A stretch of DNA of 24,000 nt, taken from NCBI GenBank assembly GCA_964576285.1, contig CAZNUJ010000001.1, positions 196,545-220,544 of the forward strand. The letters run 5' to 3'. The notes under the pieces were generated by a model. It had not been told where the DNA came from and did not search any database. It was given only the letters and a program-made list of their open reading frames with translations. Shown piece after piece: positions 1-6,950 of this stretch (the stretch's first letter is position 1; each line of letters begins with the position of its first letter). The stretch comes from an uncultured Planctomycetaceae bacterium (GTDB lineage Bacteria > Planctomycetota > Phycisphaerae > UBA1845 > UTPLA1). The position numbers were made by a program, and so were the translations under genes.

Positions 1-1
1 C

Positions 2-2107
2 GAGCGGCTGCGCCGCTTCGAAGCCGAGATGCGACAGCGCCGAGCCGAGCTGGAGGCGGAGTTCGCTCGTCGCCGCGAATCGCTCGGCGCCGAGTTGGAC
101 GGGCGCCGGCGCGCGGTCGATGTGCGGGCCGACGAGCTCGCGCGGCGCGAAGCGGCGATTTCCGAGGAAGAGGCGCTGTTCCGCGAGGAGACCGCCGCAT
201 CGTCGCCGAGCGAACCCGGGCTGTCCCTCGATCCGACCCCGCGATTCGCGGCCTTGGCCGACCTGGTGCATGCCGCCCCTCCGGCCGCGGATGACACGGT
301 TGCCGCGGATGTCGATCGGCACGATCCGTCCCCGCCGCCGAGCGCCGATGATGCCGACGAACTCGACCGCGCATCCGAACGGGCCGAACGTTCACCGGAT
401 CGTCGCGGCGGAGGTCGTCGCTCGACGGCCATCCTGACGATGCTGGTTTCGGTGTCCGTTTTTGCGGCGATGTGGGCGTCGCGCGATCGCGGGCCGGCCG
501 TCGGAACGGTGCAGTTGCCCAGCGGAACCGACCGCGCAGCGCTGCTGGCTCGCCTGGGTGACAATGCCTTCCTGCGGGAGCTCTCAGCCGCGGCCGGTGC
601 GGATCTGCCGGCGGCAGTGGGGGCCGGCCGGCTGAAGGTCAGCGTCGGTGAGTCCGACGACCGACTGCGGATCGAGGCCGACTCCGAACAGTTGGCCGAC
701 GGCGTCGGTCTGGCGTTGCGAGACGCGTTGAATCAGTCGCCGGCGGCGAACCCGATTCCTCAGGGCGAGGCCCTCGCGGACCTGCGTGCGATCGAGCAGA
801 AGCGACGCGCGGACCTTGCGGCGGCCGAAGGCAAGCTGGCGCAGCTTGGCAAGGCCATCAGCGCCGACGACAGCGATCGCAAGCTGGCGGATGCCGAGAA
901 AACCAAGAAGGCCCGCCGCGCCGCGCTCGACGAAGCGGAGCGAGCCGAAGCCTCGGCCGCCAAGGCGCTGGCCGAGGCCAAGGTGCCCGATCCGGGCGTG
1001 ATCACGGTGTCCGATCAGGAACTCTCCGCGGCGCTGGCCGACGATCCGCCTTACATGGAGTCGCTGAAGCAGTGCAAGTCGAAGGCCAAGGGTCTTCGCG
1101 AGGAGATCGTCCGGGTTGACGCCGATGTCGCGCCCCGGTTCGAGCGCCTTATCAAGGCGGCGGGCGCGCTTCAACAGGCGCTCGCGGCGGAACGGGCGCA
1201 GCCGAACGACGCGCAGCTCACGACGTCGCTGACCCGGATCGAACAGTCGCTGGTCGAGTTCGCCCAGCGGGCTGGAGCGTGGGGTACGGAATGGGCCGGT
1301 CTGATGGCGCCCATCGTCCGGTGGCCGGACGGTGGCGAAGCCGACGTGCTGCTGACCAGCCACCAGAAGGCGGTGGACTGGTACCACCGCACCGAGGCCG
1401 ACGCCCGCCAGACGGCCGACAGCGTCGGCCGGATGATCGACGCGATGACGTCCGGCGGCGGCGACATGGCTCGTCGGCGCGTGGTGGAAAGCGCCCTGCA
1501 GAAGCCGCGTCGTGAGTTGGAGGCGGCCACCGCCGAGCTGCTTGCGTCCGCGGCCGCCATTCTGGGCCGCGAGAACTTCAAGATTCACGCCCTCTCCGAG
1601 GCCGTGACCGACCTGGATCGACGAGCGCGGCGCCGGCGCGAGGCCATCAGCGACGCCGTTCGATCGGAGCTTCAGCGCACCCAGAGCGGACGGAGCGATC
1701 GTGACCTGACGCGGGCTCGCAACGCGCACGCCCAGGCCAAGGCCAAGCGTGACGCCGCGCTGCGGGAACTGCTCGCCATCGACGAGGAAGTCGCGATGCT
1801 GCGGCGCGCCGCCGAGCGGTCGCGCTCGCGGCGCGATGAACTCACCGCGGCGCACGTGGAGATCGCGCAGATCAAGGAAGATCTCCAGCGGATCGCGGCG
1901 CGCATTGAGCAGGCCGGCGCGGCGCCCGCGCCGCAGCCGGCCGACGTCACGTACGTGTCGCAGACGCCGTTCCTCGCCAACTCGAGCGGGCCGGCCGCGC
2001 TCGTCCGCCCGGCCGCCTCGGGCCTGCTGGCCGGATTGCTGTTCGCGCTGCTGCATCGCATGCTGACCGGGCGGCGGCAACCAACGCCCGAGCACGCGAC
2101 CGCCTGA
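2..2107 (+). CDS. 5'-partial coiled-coil membrane protein with two TM helices; polysaccharide co-polymerase (Wzz/GumC/PCP)-like topology
   Basis: The frame is open from base 2 with no stop before the first ATG at 29, so the gene probably begins upstream of the window; the stop is at 2105-2107. The sequence is Ala/Arg/Glu/Leu-rich and coiled-coil-like. TM1 lies at about aa 133-150 (STAILTMLVSVSVFAAMWA), followed by a long coiled-coil middle region. A Pro-rich stretch (AAPAPQPADV) precedes a C-terminal TM (GLLAGLLFALLHRML) with a basic tail. A GT4 glycosyltransferase gene follows directly. The family call rests on architecture only. Confidence 0.6.
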   Translation, partial: ERLRRFEAEMRQRRAELEAEFARRRESLGAELDGRRRAVDVRADELARREAAISEEEALFREETAASSPSEPGLSLDPTPRFAALADLVHAAPPAADDTVAADVDRHDPSPPPSADDADELDRASERAERSPDRRGGGRRSTAILTMLVSVSVFAAMWASRDRGPAVGTVQLPSGTDRAALLARLGDNAFLRELSAAAGADLPAAVGAGRLKVSVGESDDRLRIEADSEQLADGVGLALRDALNQSPAANPIPQGEALADLRAIEQKRRADLAAAEGKLAQLGKAISADDSDRKLADAEKTKKARRAALDEAERAEASAAKALAEAKVPDPGVITVSDQELSAALADDPPYMESLKQCKSKAKGLREEIVRVDADVAPRFERLIKAAGALQQALAAERAQPNDAQLTTSLTRIEQSLVEFAQRAGAWGTEWAGLMAPIVRWPDGGEADVLLTSHQKAVDWYHRTEADARQTADSVGRMIDAMTSGGGDMARRRVVESALQKPRRELEAATAELLASAAAILGRENFKIHALSEAVTDLDRRARRRREAISDAVRSELQRTQSGRSDRDLTRARNAHAQAKAKRDAALRELLAIDEEVAMLRRAAERSRSRRDELTAAHVEIAQIKEDLQRIAARIEQAGAAPAPQPADVTYVSQTPFLANSSGPAALVRPAASGLLAGLLFALLHRMLTGRRQPTPEHATA

Positions 2108-2139
2108 GCGCCGGTCGGTCCGCGCAGGCGGCTCGTCTC

Positions 2140-3255
2140 ATGCCGCGCTTGATGCTGCTGGTGACCGATCTCGATCGCGGCGGCGCGCCGCTGCGCATCG
2201 CTCGCATGGCTCGTCGACTTCGGACCGAGGGATTCGAGCCGGTCGTCGGCTGCCTCGCCGGCCGCGGTCCGTTGATGGCCGAACTCGAACGCGACGGCAT
2301 CGCCACCTTCACCTGTGACGCCCGCCACCGGCTCGATGTCATGGCGCTCGGACGGCTGGCCGCCGCGATTCGCGCGCATGATCCAGCCCTCGTGCACGCC
2401 ACGTTGTTCCACGCCAACATCGCCGCCCGGCTTGTTGGACGATGGGATCGACCGAGACCGGTCATCACCGGGTCGGCGACGATCGAGGTCGAGCGTCCGT
2501 CTCATCGGCTGGGTGAGATGCTGACCAGCGGCTGGAGCGACTGGCACACGGTGAACAGCGCCGGGGTGGCCGACCAAGTCTGCGGCGAATTCGGCTGGTC
2601 GCGCGATCGCGTGGTGGTCGTGCCCAACCCGGTCGATCTGCGAGAAATCGACACCATCGCGCCGATCGATCGGCCCGCGGCCGGCATTCCGAGCGACCGC
2701 CCGATGCTGCTGTGGGCCGGTCGGATGGATCCCGTGAAGCGGCTGGATTTCCTGCTCGACGTGCTCGATCGCGTCAGGCCGCGGCGAGCGTTCACGCTGG
2801 CCCTTTGCGGCGACGGTCCCCTGCGAACGCGGATCGAAGCCCGAATTGCCGGGCTTGCATGGTCACGCGACGTGCGCCTGCTCGGCTGGCGAACCGACGT
2901 CGTGGCTTGGATGAAGGCGGCGGATCTGCTGCTGCTGCCCTCGCGGAGCGAGGGCTCCCCGAATGTCGTGCTGGAGGCCATGGCGGCGGGCTGTTGCGTG
3001 CTGGCAAGCGGCATCGCGCCGTGCCGCGAGGTGATCGCCCCGGGGGTCACGGGAGCACTCGCACCATGCGGAGACGCTTCAGCCTGGGCGGCCGCGGTCG
3101 AAGGCCTCTTGGCTCATGGCGAACATCGGGAGCGGCTGGTCGCAGCGGCACGGAGTTGGGTCGCTGCCCACCATGATTGGAGCCTTACATTGGGGCCGAT
3201 AACATCCCTCTACCGAGCGGCGATCGCCGCCGCCGCGCGCTTCAGAAAAACTTAA
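2140..3255 (+). CDS. Glycosyltransferase, GT-B fold, family 4/1-like
   Basis: 371-aa ORF. The N-terminus LMLLVTDLDRGGAP is typical of GT4 enzymes. The C-terminal half carries the retaining GT-B signature region LLLLPSRSEGSPNVVLEAMAAGCCVLAS followed by GVTGAL. Composition looks coding and no competing ORF is credible. Confidence 0.85.
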   Translation: MPRLMLLVTDLDRGGAPLRIARMARRLRTEGFEPVVGCLAGRGPLMAELERDGIATFTCDARHRLDVMALGRLAAAIRAHDPALVHATLFHANIAARLVGRWDRPRPVITGSATIEVERPSHRLGEMLTSGWSDWHTVNSAGVADQVCGEFGWSRDRVVVVPNPVDLREIDTIAPIDRPAAGIPSDRPMLLWAGRMDPVKRLDFLLDVLDRVRPRRAFTLALCGDGPLRTRIEARIAGLAWSRDVRLLGWRTDVVAWMKAADLLLLPSRSEGSPNVVLEAMAAGCCVLASGIAPCREVIAPGVTGALAPCGDASAWAAAVEGLLAHGEHRERLVAAARSWVAAHHDWSLTLGPITSLYRAAIAAAARFRKT

Positions 3256-3353
3256 CGCAGGGATCAACCGAGCAACCTCCGTCTTCGGCGGAACTTCCGC
3301 GCTCGGCCACCCGCCTAACCGATGCGTTGTGCCGCTTGTGAAGGATTTTCTTC

Positions 3354-3383
3354 TTGCATCAGTGGTGGGGAAAAGTGTAGAAC
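3354..3383 (+). promoter_or_regulatory. Candidate sigma70-like promoter with possible MraZ operator repeats upstream of mraZ
   Basis: AT-enriched intergenic patch. TTGCAT (3354-3359) is separated by 18 nt from TAGAAC (3378-3383), about 50 nt upstream of the mraZ ATG. Between them, GTGGG (3365-3369) and GTGTA (3375-3379) sit 10 nt apart, resembling the 10-bp-periodic GTGGG/TGGGN MraZ boxes described in E. coli. There are only two imperfect repeats, so the call is weak. Confidence 0.25.
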
Positions 3384-3434
3384 ACGCCCTAGCTTGATCA
3401 CGTTCGTGGTGAATTGAAGCGAAGCACGACCCGA

Positions 3435-3941
3435 ATGCTCCTGTTCAACGGCGCATATGAGCACACGATTGACGCAAAGAACCGAGTCGCCATTCCGGCG
3501 CCTTTTCGATCCAAGATCAACCCGGAACGGGACGGCCGACGGTTGTACATCGTTCCGGGCGATCCGCTCGACAGCCTGTGGATTTACGCGGAAAGCACGT
3601 TTCTGGCGGTCTCCGCCGAGCTGCGCTCGGCCCTGGTCGACCAAGAGGAACTCGAGCGCTTCAAGCGGGTGTTTTTCTCGAACGTGGACGATGTGGAGCC
3701 CGACAGCCAAGGTCGGATCGTTCTACCGGAACGGCTGATCAAGCTGGTGAACCTGGAACGCGAAGTGATGCTCTGCGGCGCCCACGATCACATCGAGGTT
3801 CGCAACCGGTCGGCGTACGAGCGCGAGCACGCCGCGGAGATGTCGGATTACTCCGGGTTGCGGCGGAAGGCGTTGAAGGCTTTGGAGGCACGCAGCAGGC
3901 CGGCATCGCCGCATGGCGACGGCCCGGCCAATCAGCGATAG
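3435..3941 (+). CDS. mraZ: Transcriptional regulator MraZ
   Basis: The N-terminus MLLFNGAYEHTIDAKNRVAIPAPFRSKI aligns with the MraZ start (E. coli [23 protein letters not shown]). A second SpoVT/AbrB-like half is present (VEPDSQGRIVLPERLIKLVNL). The gene sits at the head of a dcw cluster. The ORF track starts at TTG 3414; ATG 3435 fits the family N-terminus better. Confidence 0.9.
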   Translation: MLLFNGAYEHTIDAKNRVAIPAPFRSKINPERDGRRLYIVPGDPLDSLWIYAESTFLAVSAELRSALVDQEELERFKRVFFSNVDDVEPDSQGRIVLPERLIKLVNLEREVMLCGAHDHIEVRNRSAYEREHAAEMSDYSGLRRKALKALEARSRPASPHGDGPANQR

Positions 3942-4459
3942 TCGCCGCGGGGCGGTCGGCGCGGTCATGAGGAACGCGAGCCGTCGGCGGCGGGTGGACT
4001 GTCGGGTGCAGCCAACGGAGTACGCAACTGCACGCGATGGCGCGGTCGCCGGTTGTACCGGCATCGGTTTCGACGCGGGTCGGTGGGACTGACCAGGGAG
4101 GCCGGCGTTCCGGACAACCCGGCGTGGAACGTCGCCGGTTTCGAGATTCGACGCGGACTCTCGAGCCGGAACGCCCAGGACATCGACCGGTCGAAGCAGA
4201 CCCGGGCCTGACAGCCCGGAAAGCGGCAGGGTACCGAAGCATGACGCGGTCCGGTACCATGTCCGCTCTGCCAGGTGCATCGGTATGATGCAGTACCGTG
4301 TTGCAGGCGGTGCCAGTCCTCACGGAGGAGGGCTGGTACCGTCGCTCTCTATCATACGCGACAATCCGCCTGTGGTTTTACTGGGCCTACAGATTGTGGG
4401 GGACTCCTGCCGAGAGTACCAGTACTGGTTCGCAGCCGGCCGCCGGACCGGGTGAGTCG
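3942..4459 (+). other. 518-nt non-coding, hairpin-rich spacer between mraZ and rsmH (possible structured RNA, internal promoter or operator region)
   Basis: No ORF here has credible composition; the + ORFs at 4037-4288 and 4275-4637 and the minus-strand ORFs are Arg/Pro/Gly junk. Third-position GC is visibly lower than in flanking genes by hand count. The region holds several strong local hairpins, a 12-nt perfect palindrome TCGACCGGTCGA (4183-4194) and six GTACC motifs between 4055 and 4420. Confidence 0.5.
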
Positions 4460-5434
4460 ATGGACGAGACCGCGTCGCCCGCCGAAGCCCCGGGGCCGGG
4501 TCATCTTCCGGTGCTGCTGGCCGAAGTTCTGGATGCGCTTGTGCCGGTGGCCCGCGAGTGCATCGTCGACTGCACGCTCGGGTTGGCGGGGCATGCCGCG
4601 GCCTTGCTCGAACGGACGCCTCCGGCCGTGCGGTTGATCGGGCTGGATGCGGATTCGACCAATTTGGCGATCGCGCGGGAGCGACTGTCGGGCTTCGGCG
4701 ACCGCGTCCGGCTGATCCAGGCGAACTTCGCGGAATTGTCGGCCGTGCTGGCCTCGTTCGGCGTTCGATCCGTCGATGCCGTTCTGGCCGACCTGGGGCT
4801 CAGTTCGAACCAGTTGGGCGACGCCGCCCGCGGCTTCAGCTTCGAGCACGACGGGCCGCTCGACATGCGGCTCGACCCGTCTAGGGGCCAAACCGCGGCC
4901 GACCTGCTGGCAACACTGGGAGAGGTGGAACTCGCCGACCTACTTTACGTGCAGAGTCAGGAAGCCCGAAGCCGAAGAATTGCTAGAGCGATCTGCGCGG
5001 CGCGTCGGACGGATCGCATCAACAGCACTGCCATGCTGGCGAGGCTGGTGTCCGACGCGGTCGGCGCGCGCGGCGGTCGGTCCCGGATTCACCCGGCGAC
5101 GCGTACGTTCATGGCGTTGCGCATCGCGGTGAACCGAGAGCCGGAGTCGCTGGCAGCCCTGCTGCGGCAGACGCCGGACGTTCTCCGCCACGGCGGGCGT
5201 CTGGCGATCATCAGTTTTCACAGCGGCGAGGATCGCCTTGTGAAAGAAGACTTCCGCCGGCGATCGCGGGCCGGCGAATACGCGCTGCTCACCAAACGGC
5301 CGCTGACGGCCGGCCGCGCGGAACAACGAACCAATCCGCGGAGCCGTTCCGCGAAGCTGCGGGTGGCCGAGCGGACTCAGGCGGACAGTGGGGACCGGCC
5401 GGCGTCGACCAGCGCCCCGGTCCCGTGGAGGTGA
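4460..5434 (+). CDS. rsmH: 16S rRNA (cytosine1402-N4)-methyltransferase RsmH (MraW)
   Basis: Family motifs are present: HLPVLLAEVLDAL, DCTLGLAGHA, DLGLSSNQLGDAARGFSF, ISFHSGEDRLVK and NPRSRSAKLRVAER. The ORF track starts at 4298, but the first 54 codons are W/Y-rich and lie in low-GC non-coding sequence. ATG 4460 leaves 14 aa before the conserved HxPVL. Confidence 0.9.
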   Translation: MDETASPAEAPGPGHLPVLLAEVLDALVPVARECIVDCTLGLAGHAAALLERTPPAVRLIGLDADSTNLAIARERLSGFGDRVRLIQANFAELSAVLASFGVRSVDAVLADLGLSSNQLGDAARGFSFEHDGPLDMRLDPSRGQTAADLLATLGEVELADLLYVQSQEARSRRIARAICAARRTDRINSTAMLARLVSDAVGARGGRSRIHPATRTFMALRIAVNREPESLAALLRQTPDVLRHGGRLAIISFHSGEDRLVKEDFRRRSRAGEYALLTKRPLTAGRAEQRTNPRSRSAKLRVAERTQADSGDRPASTSAPVPWR

Positions 5435-5439
5435 CGTCG

Positions 5440-6573
5440 ATGACCAAGGAGACAAAGATCGGCCTGCTGGTCGGTCTGGCGTTCATCATCCTCTTTGCGA
5501 TCATCCTGTCCGAGAAGGGGGCGGGTCCGCGACCGGGCGGGCCGGCTCAGTTCACCCAGGTCGACAGCCTCCATCAGCGCAACTCTCAGCCGGGCGCCAC
5601 CACGGTGACGAACGCCGGGCGTCTGCCGCTGCCGGTCGAGGCGGTGGCGCGCGAGACGCCGAAGCCGCGTCCGAAGCCGACGCTGCCCGCGGCGCAGCCC
5701 TCGCCGGCCCAGACCGAGTTGGCGCGCCGGCGCGATGACGCCGTGCTGCCGACCGTCGATCCGTCACTGATCACGCGAGTGGACGTCGCCGCGGCTGAAC
5801 GGCCGGCAGCCGACACGCGCCTGGCCGATGCGACGCCGACGTCACCCACGGTCGTCATTCCGCCTTCAGGCGAGCCCCGTCGGCCCGACGCAACCACGCC
5901 CGCGCGGACGCCGGAGTCGGCGATCGCATCCGCTCAGGATTTCCGCACGTTGCAGGGACGCATCGACGCGATCGAGATTCCGCCGCCGCGTCCGCATCGC
6001 ATCAGCGCCACGGCCGTCGAGAACGGTCCGGTTGCGTTAAGTTCGCTGGATTGCACTCAGTCGTACACGGTTCAGCCCGGTGATACGCTAACGTCCATCG
6101 CCCGTAAGACCATGGGCAGCGGCAGCGCCGCGTCGGTGGCCGCCATCTTCAAGGCCAATTCGGCCACACTGAAAAACGAGCATAGCCTGAGGGTCGGACA
6201 GACGCTCAACATCCCGAGCGAGACCTGCCCGACGCCGGCTCCCGGCGGCGACCTGGTCGGCCCGCCCGCGCCGACGCGGCTCGCCGACGCCGGTCCATCG
6301 CGGCAAGCCGCGCCACGAACCATCGAGCGGGCCTCGACGCGGTTGAGCCGGACGTACGAAGTTCAGCCGCGCGATACACTGTCGAAGATCGCCAAGCGGG
6401 AACTGGGCAGTCCGCAGCGGTACAAGGAAATCGAGGCGCTGAACCGCGACGTGCTGGGCCGTCGCGGGCAGCTCCAGCCGGGCATGAAGCTGAAGCTTCC
6501 GCCCAGAACGACGAACGGCGGGGACGAAGAGGCAGCGACGCGGCGCGGCGGGTCGGAATACGTCACGCGCTGA
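5440..6573 (+). CDS. Bitopic membrane protein with Pro-rich linker and two C-terminal LysM peptidoglycan-binding domains
   Basis: A GGAGG motif (5427-5431) lies 8 nt upstream of ATG 5440. The N-terminal TM helix is IGLLVGLAFIILFAIIL, followed by a roughly 180-aa Pro/Ala/Thr-rich low-complexity linker. LysM 1 spans about 6064-6216 (YTVQPGDTLTSIARK...VGQTLNIP). LysM 2 spans about 6355-6501 (YEVQPRDTLSKIAKR...PGMKLKLP). Confidence 0.85.
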   Translation: MTKETKIGLLVGLAFIILFAIILSEKGAGPRPGGPAQFTQVDSLHQRNSQPGATTVTNAGRLPLPVEAVARETPKPRPKPTLPAAQPSPAQTELARRRDDAVLPTVDPSLITRVDVAAAERPAADTRLADATPTSPTVVIPPSGEPRRPDATTPARTPESAIASAQDFRTLQGRIDAIEIPPPRPHRISATAVENGPVALSSLDCTQSYTVQPGDTLTSIARKTMGSGSAASVAAIFKANSATLKNEHSLRVGQTLNIPSETCPTPAPGGDLVGPPAPTRLADAGPSRQAAPRTIERASTRLSRTYEVQPRDTLSKIAKRELGSPQRYKEIEALNRDVLGRRGQLQPGMKLKLPPRTTNGGDEEAATRRGGSEYVTR

Positions 6574-6616
6574 GTCGCACTGAACGCCGGTTCCAACCCG
6601 CGGCAGGGTCAGCAGG

Positions 6617-6943
6617 ATGCACGATGCCGGCCGCACGATGACGGTTCCTCGCGCGCTACTCGTGCTGGCGCTGCTGTCCTCGGTCGGGATCGCGATGGTG
6701 CTGGTCCGGGCCGAGACGGCCAAGGCCGCGCACCGCGTGCAGCGGCTGCACAAGCAGCAGACCGCGCTGCGGCACGAACTCTGGGGTCTCGAGATGCAGT
6801 TGGCGCGGCTCCGCGCTCCGCAGCGAATCGCGGAGCGGGCGGCGGAGCTGGGTCTCGGCGTTCAACCGCCCGTGGTGGACGGTCCACCGCGGCGCGCGGC
6901 GCCGCCGCTTCTGGCGCCTGCGCCGCGGCCGCAGGGGGAGTGA
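6617..6943 (+). CDS. ftsL: Cell division protein FtsL-like (small bitopic coiled-coil protein)
   Basis: 108 aa, located directly upstream of ftsI. It has a single TM (ALLVLALLSSVGIAMVLV) followed by a coiled-coil segment (HRVQRLHKQQTALRHELWGLEMQLARL). The tail is FtsL-like (RIAERAAELGLGVQPP). An alternative start is ATG 6638. Sequence conservation in this family is low, so the call rests on position plus architecture. Confidence 0.7.
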   Translation: MHDAGRTMTVPRALLVLALLSSVGIAMVLVRAETAKAAHRVQRLHKQQTALRHELWGLEMQLARLRAPQRIAERAAELGLGVQPPVVDGPPRRAAPPLLAPAPRPQGE

Positions 6944-6950
6944 CGCACGG

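Noticed and set aside
584-2095. 503-aa minus-strand ORF, plus several shorter ORFs nested in 29-2107
   Set aside because: It is antisense to the coiled-coil gene. The translation is Arg/Gly/Pro/Leu-rich low complexity, typical of off-frame or antisense ORFs in high-GC DNA, and no family motif is present.
4061-4160. tmRNA-like 5' motif: GGTTTCGACGCGGG (4066-4079) and GATTCGACGCGGA (4146-4158)
   Set aside because: It resembles the conserved GG(A/U)UUCGAC(G/N)GGG near the tmRNA 5' end. However, there is no GGGG acceptor start and no convincing T-arm or CCA-proximal 3' end within 500 nt. There is also no tag reading frame ending in an Ala-Ala stop. RNase P (GAGGAAAGTCCGGGC) and SRP (GGAA tetraloop with AGCA loop) signatures are likewise absent on both strands.
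4298-4459. Upstream extension of the rsmH ORF (track start 4298)
   Set aside because: The extra 54 codons are W/Y-rich, fall in lower-GC sequence and have no counterpart in RsmH. ATG 4460 gives a normal distance to the conserved HxPVL motif.
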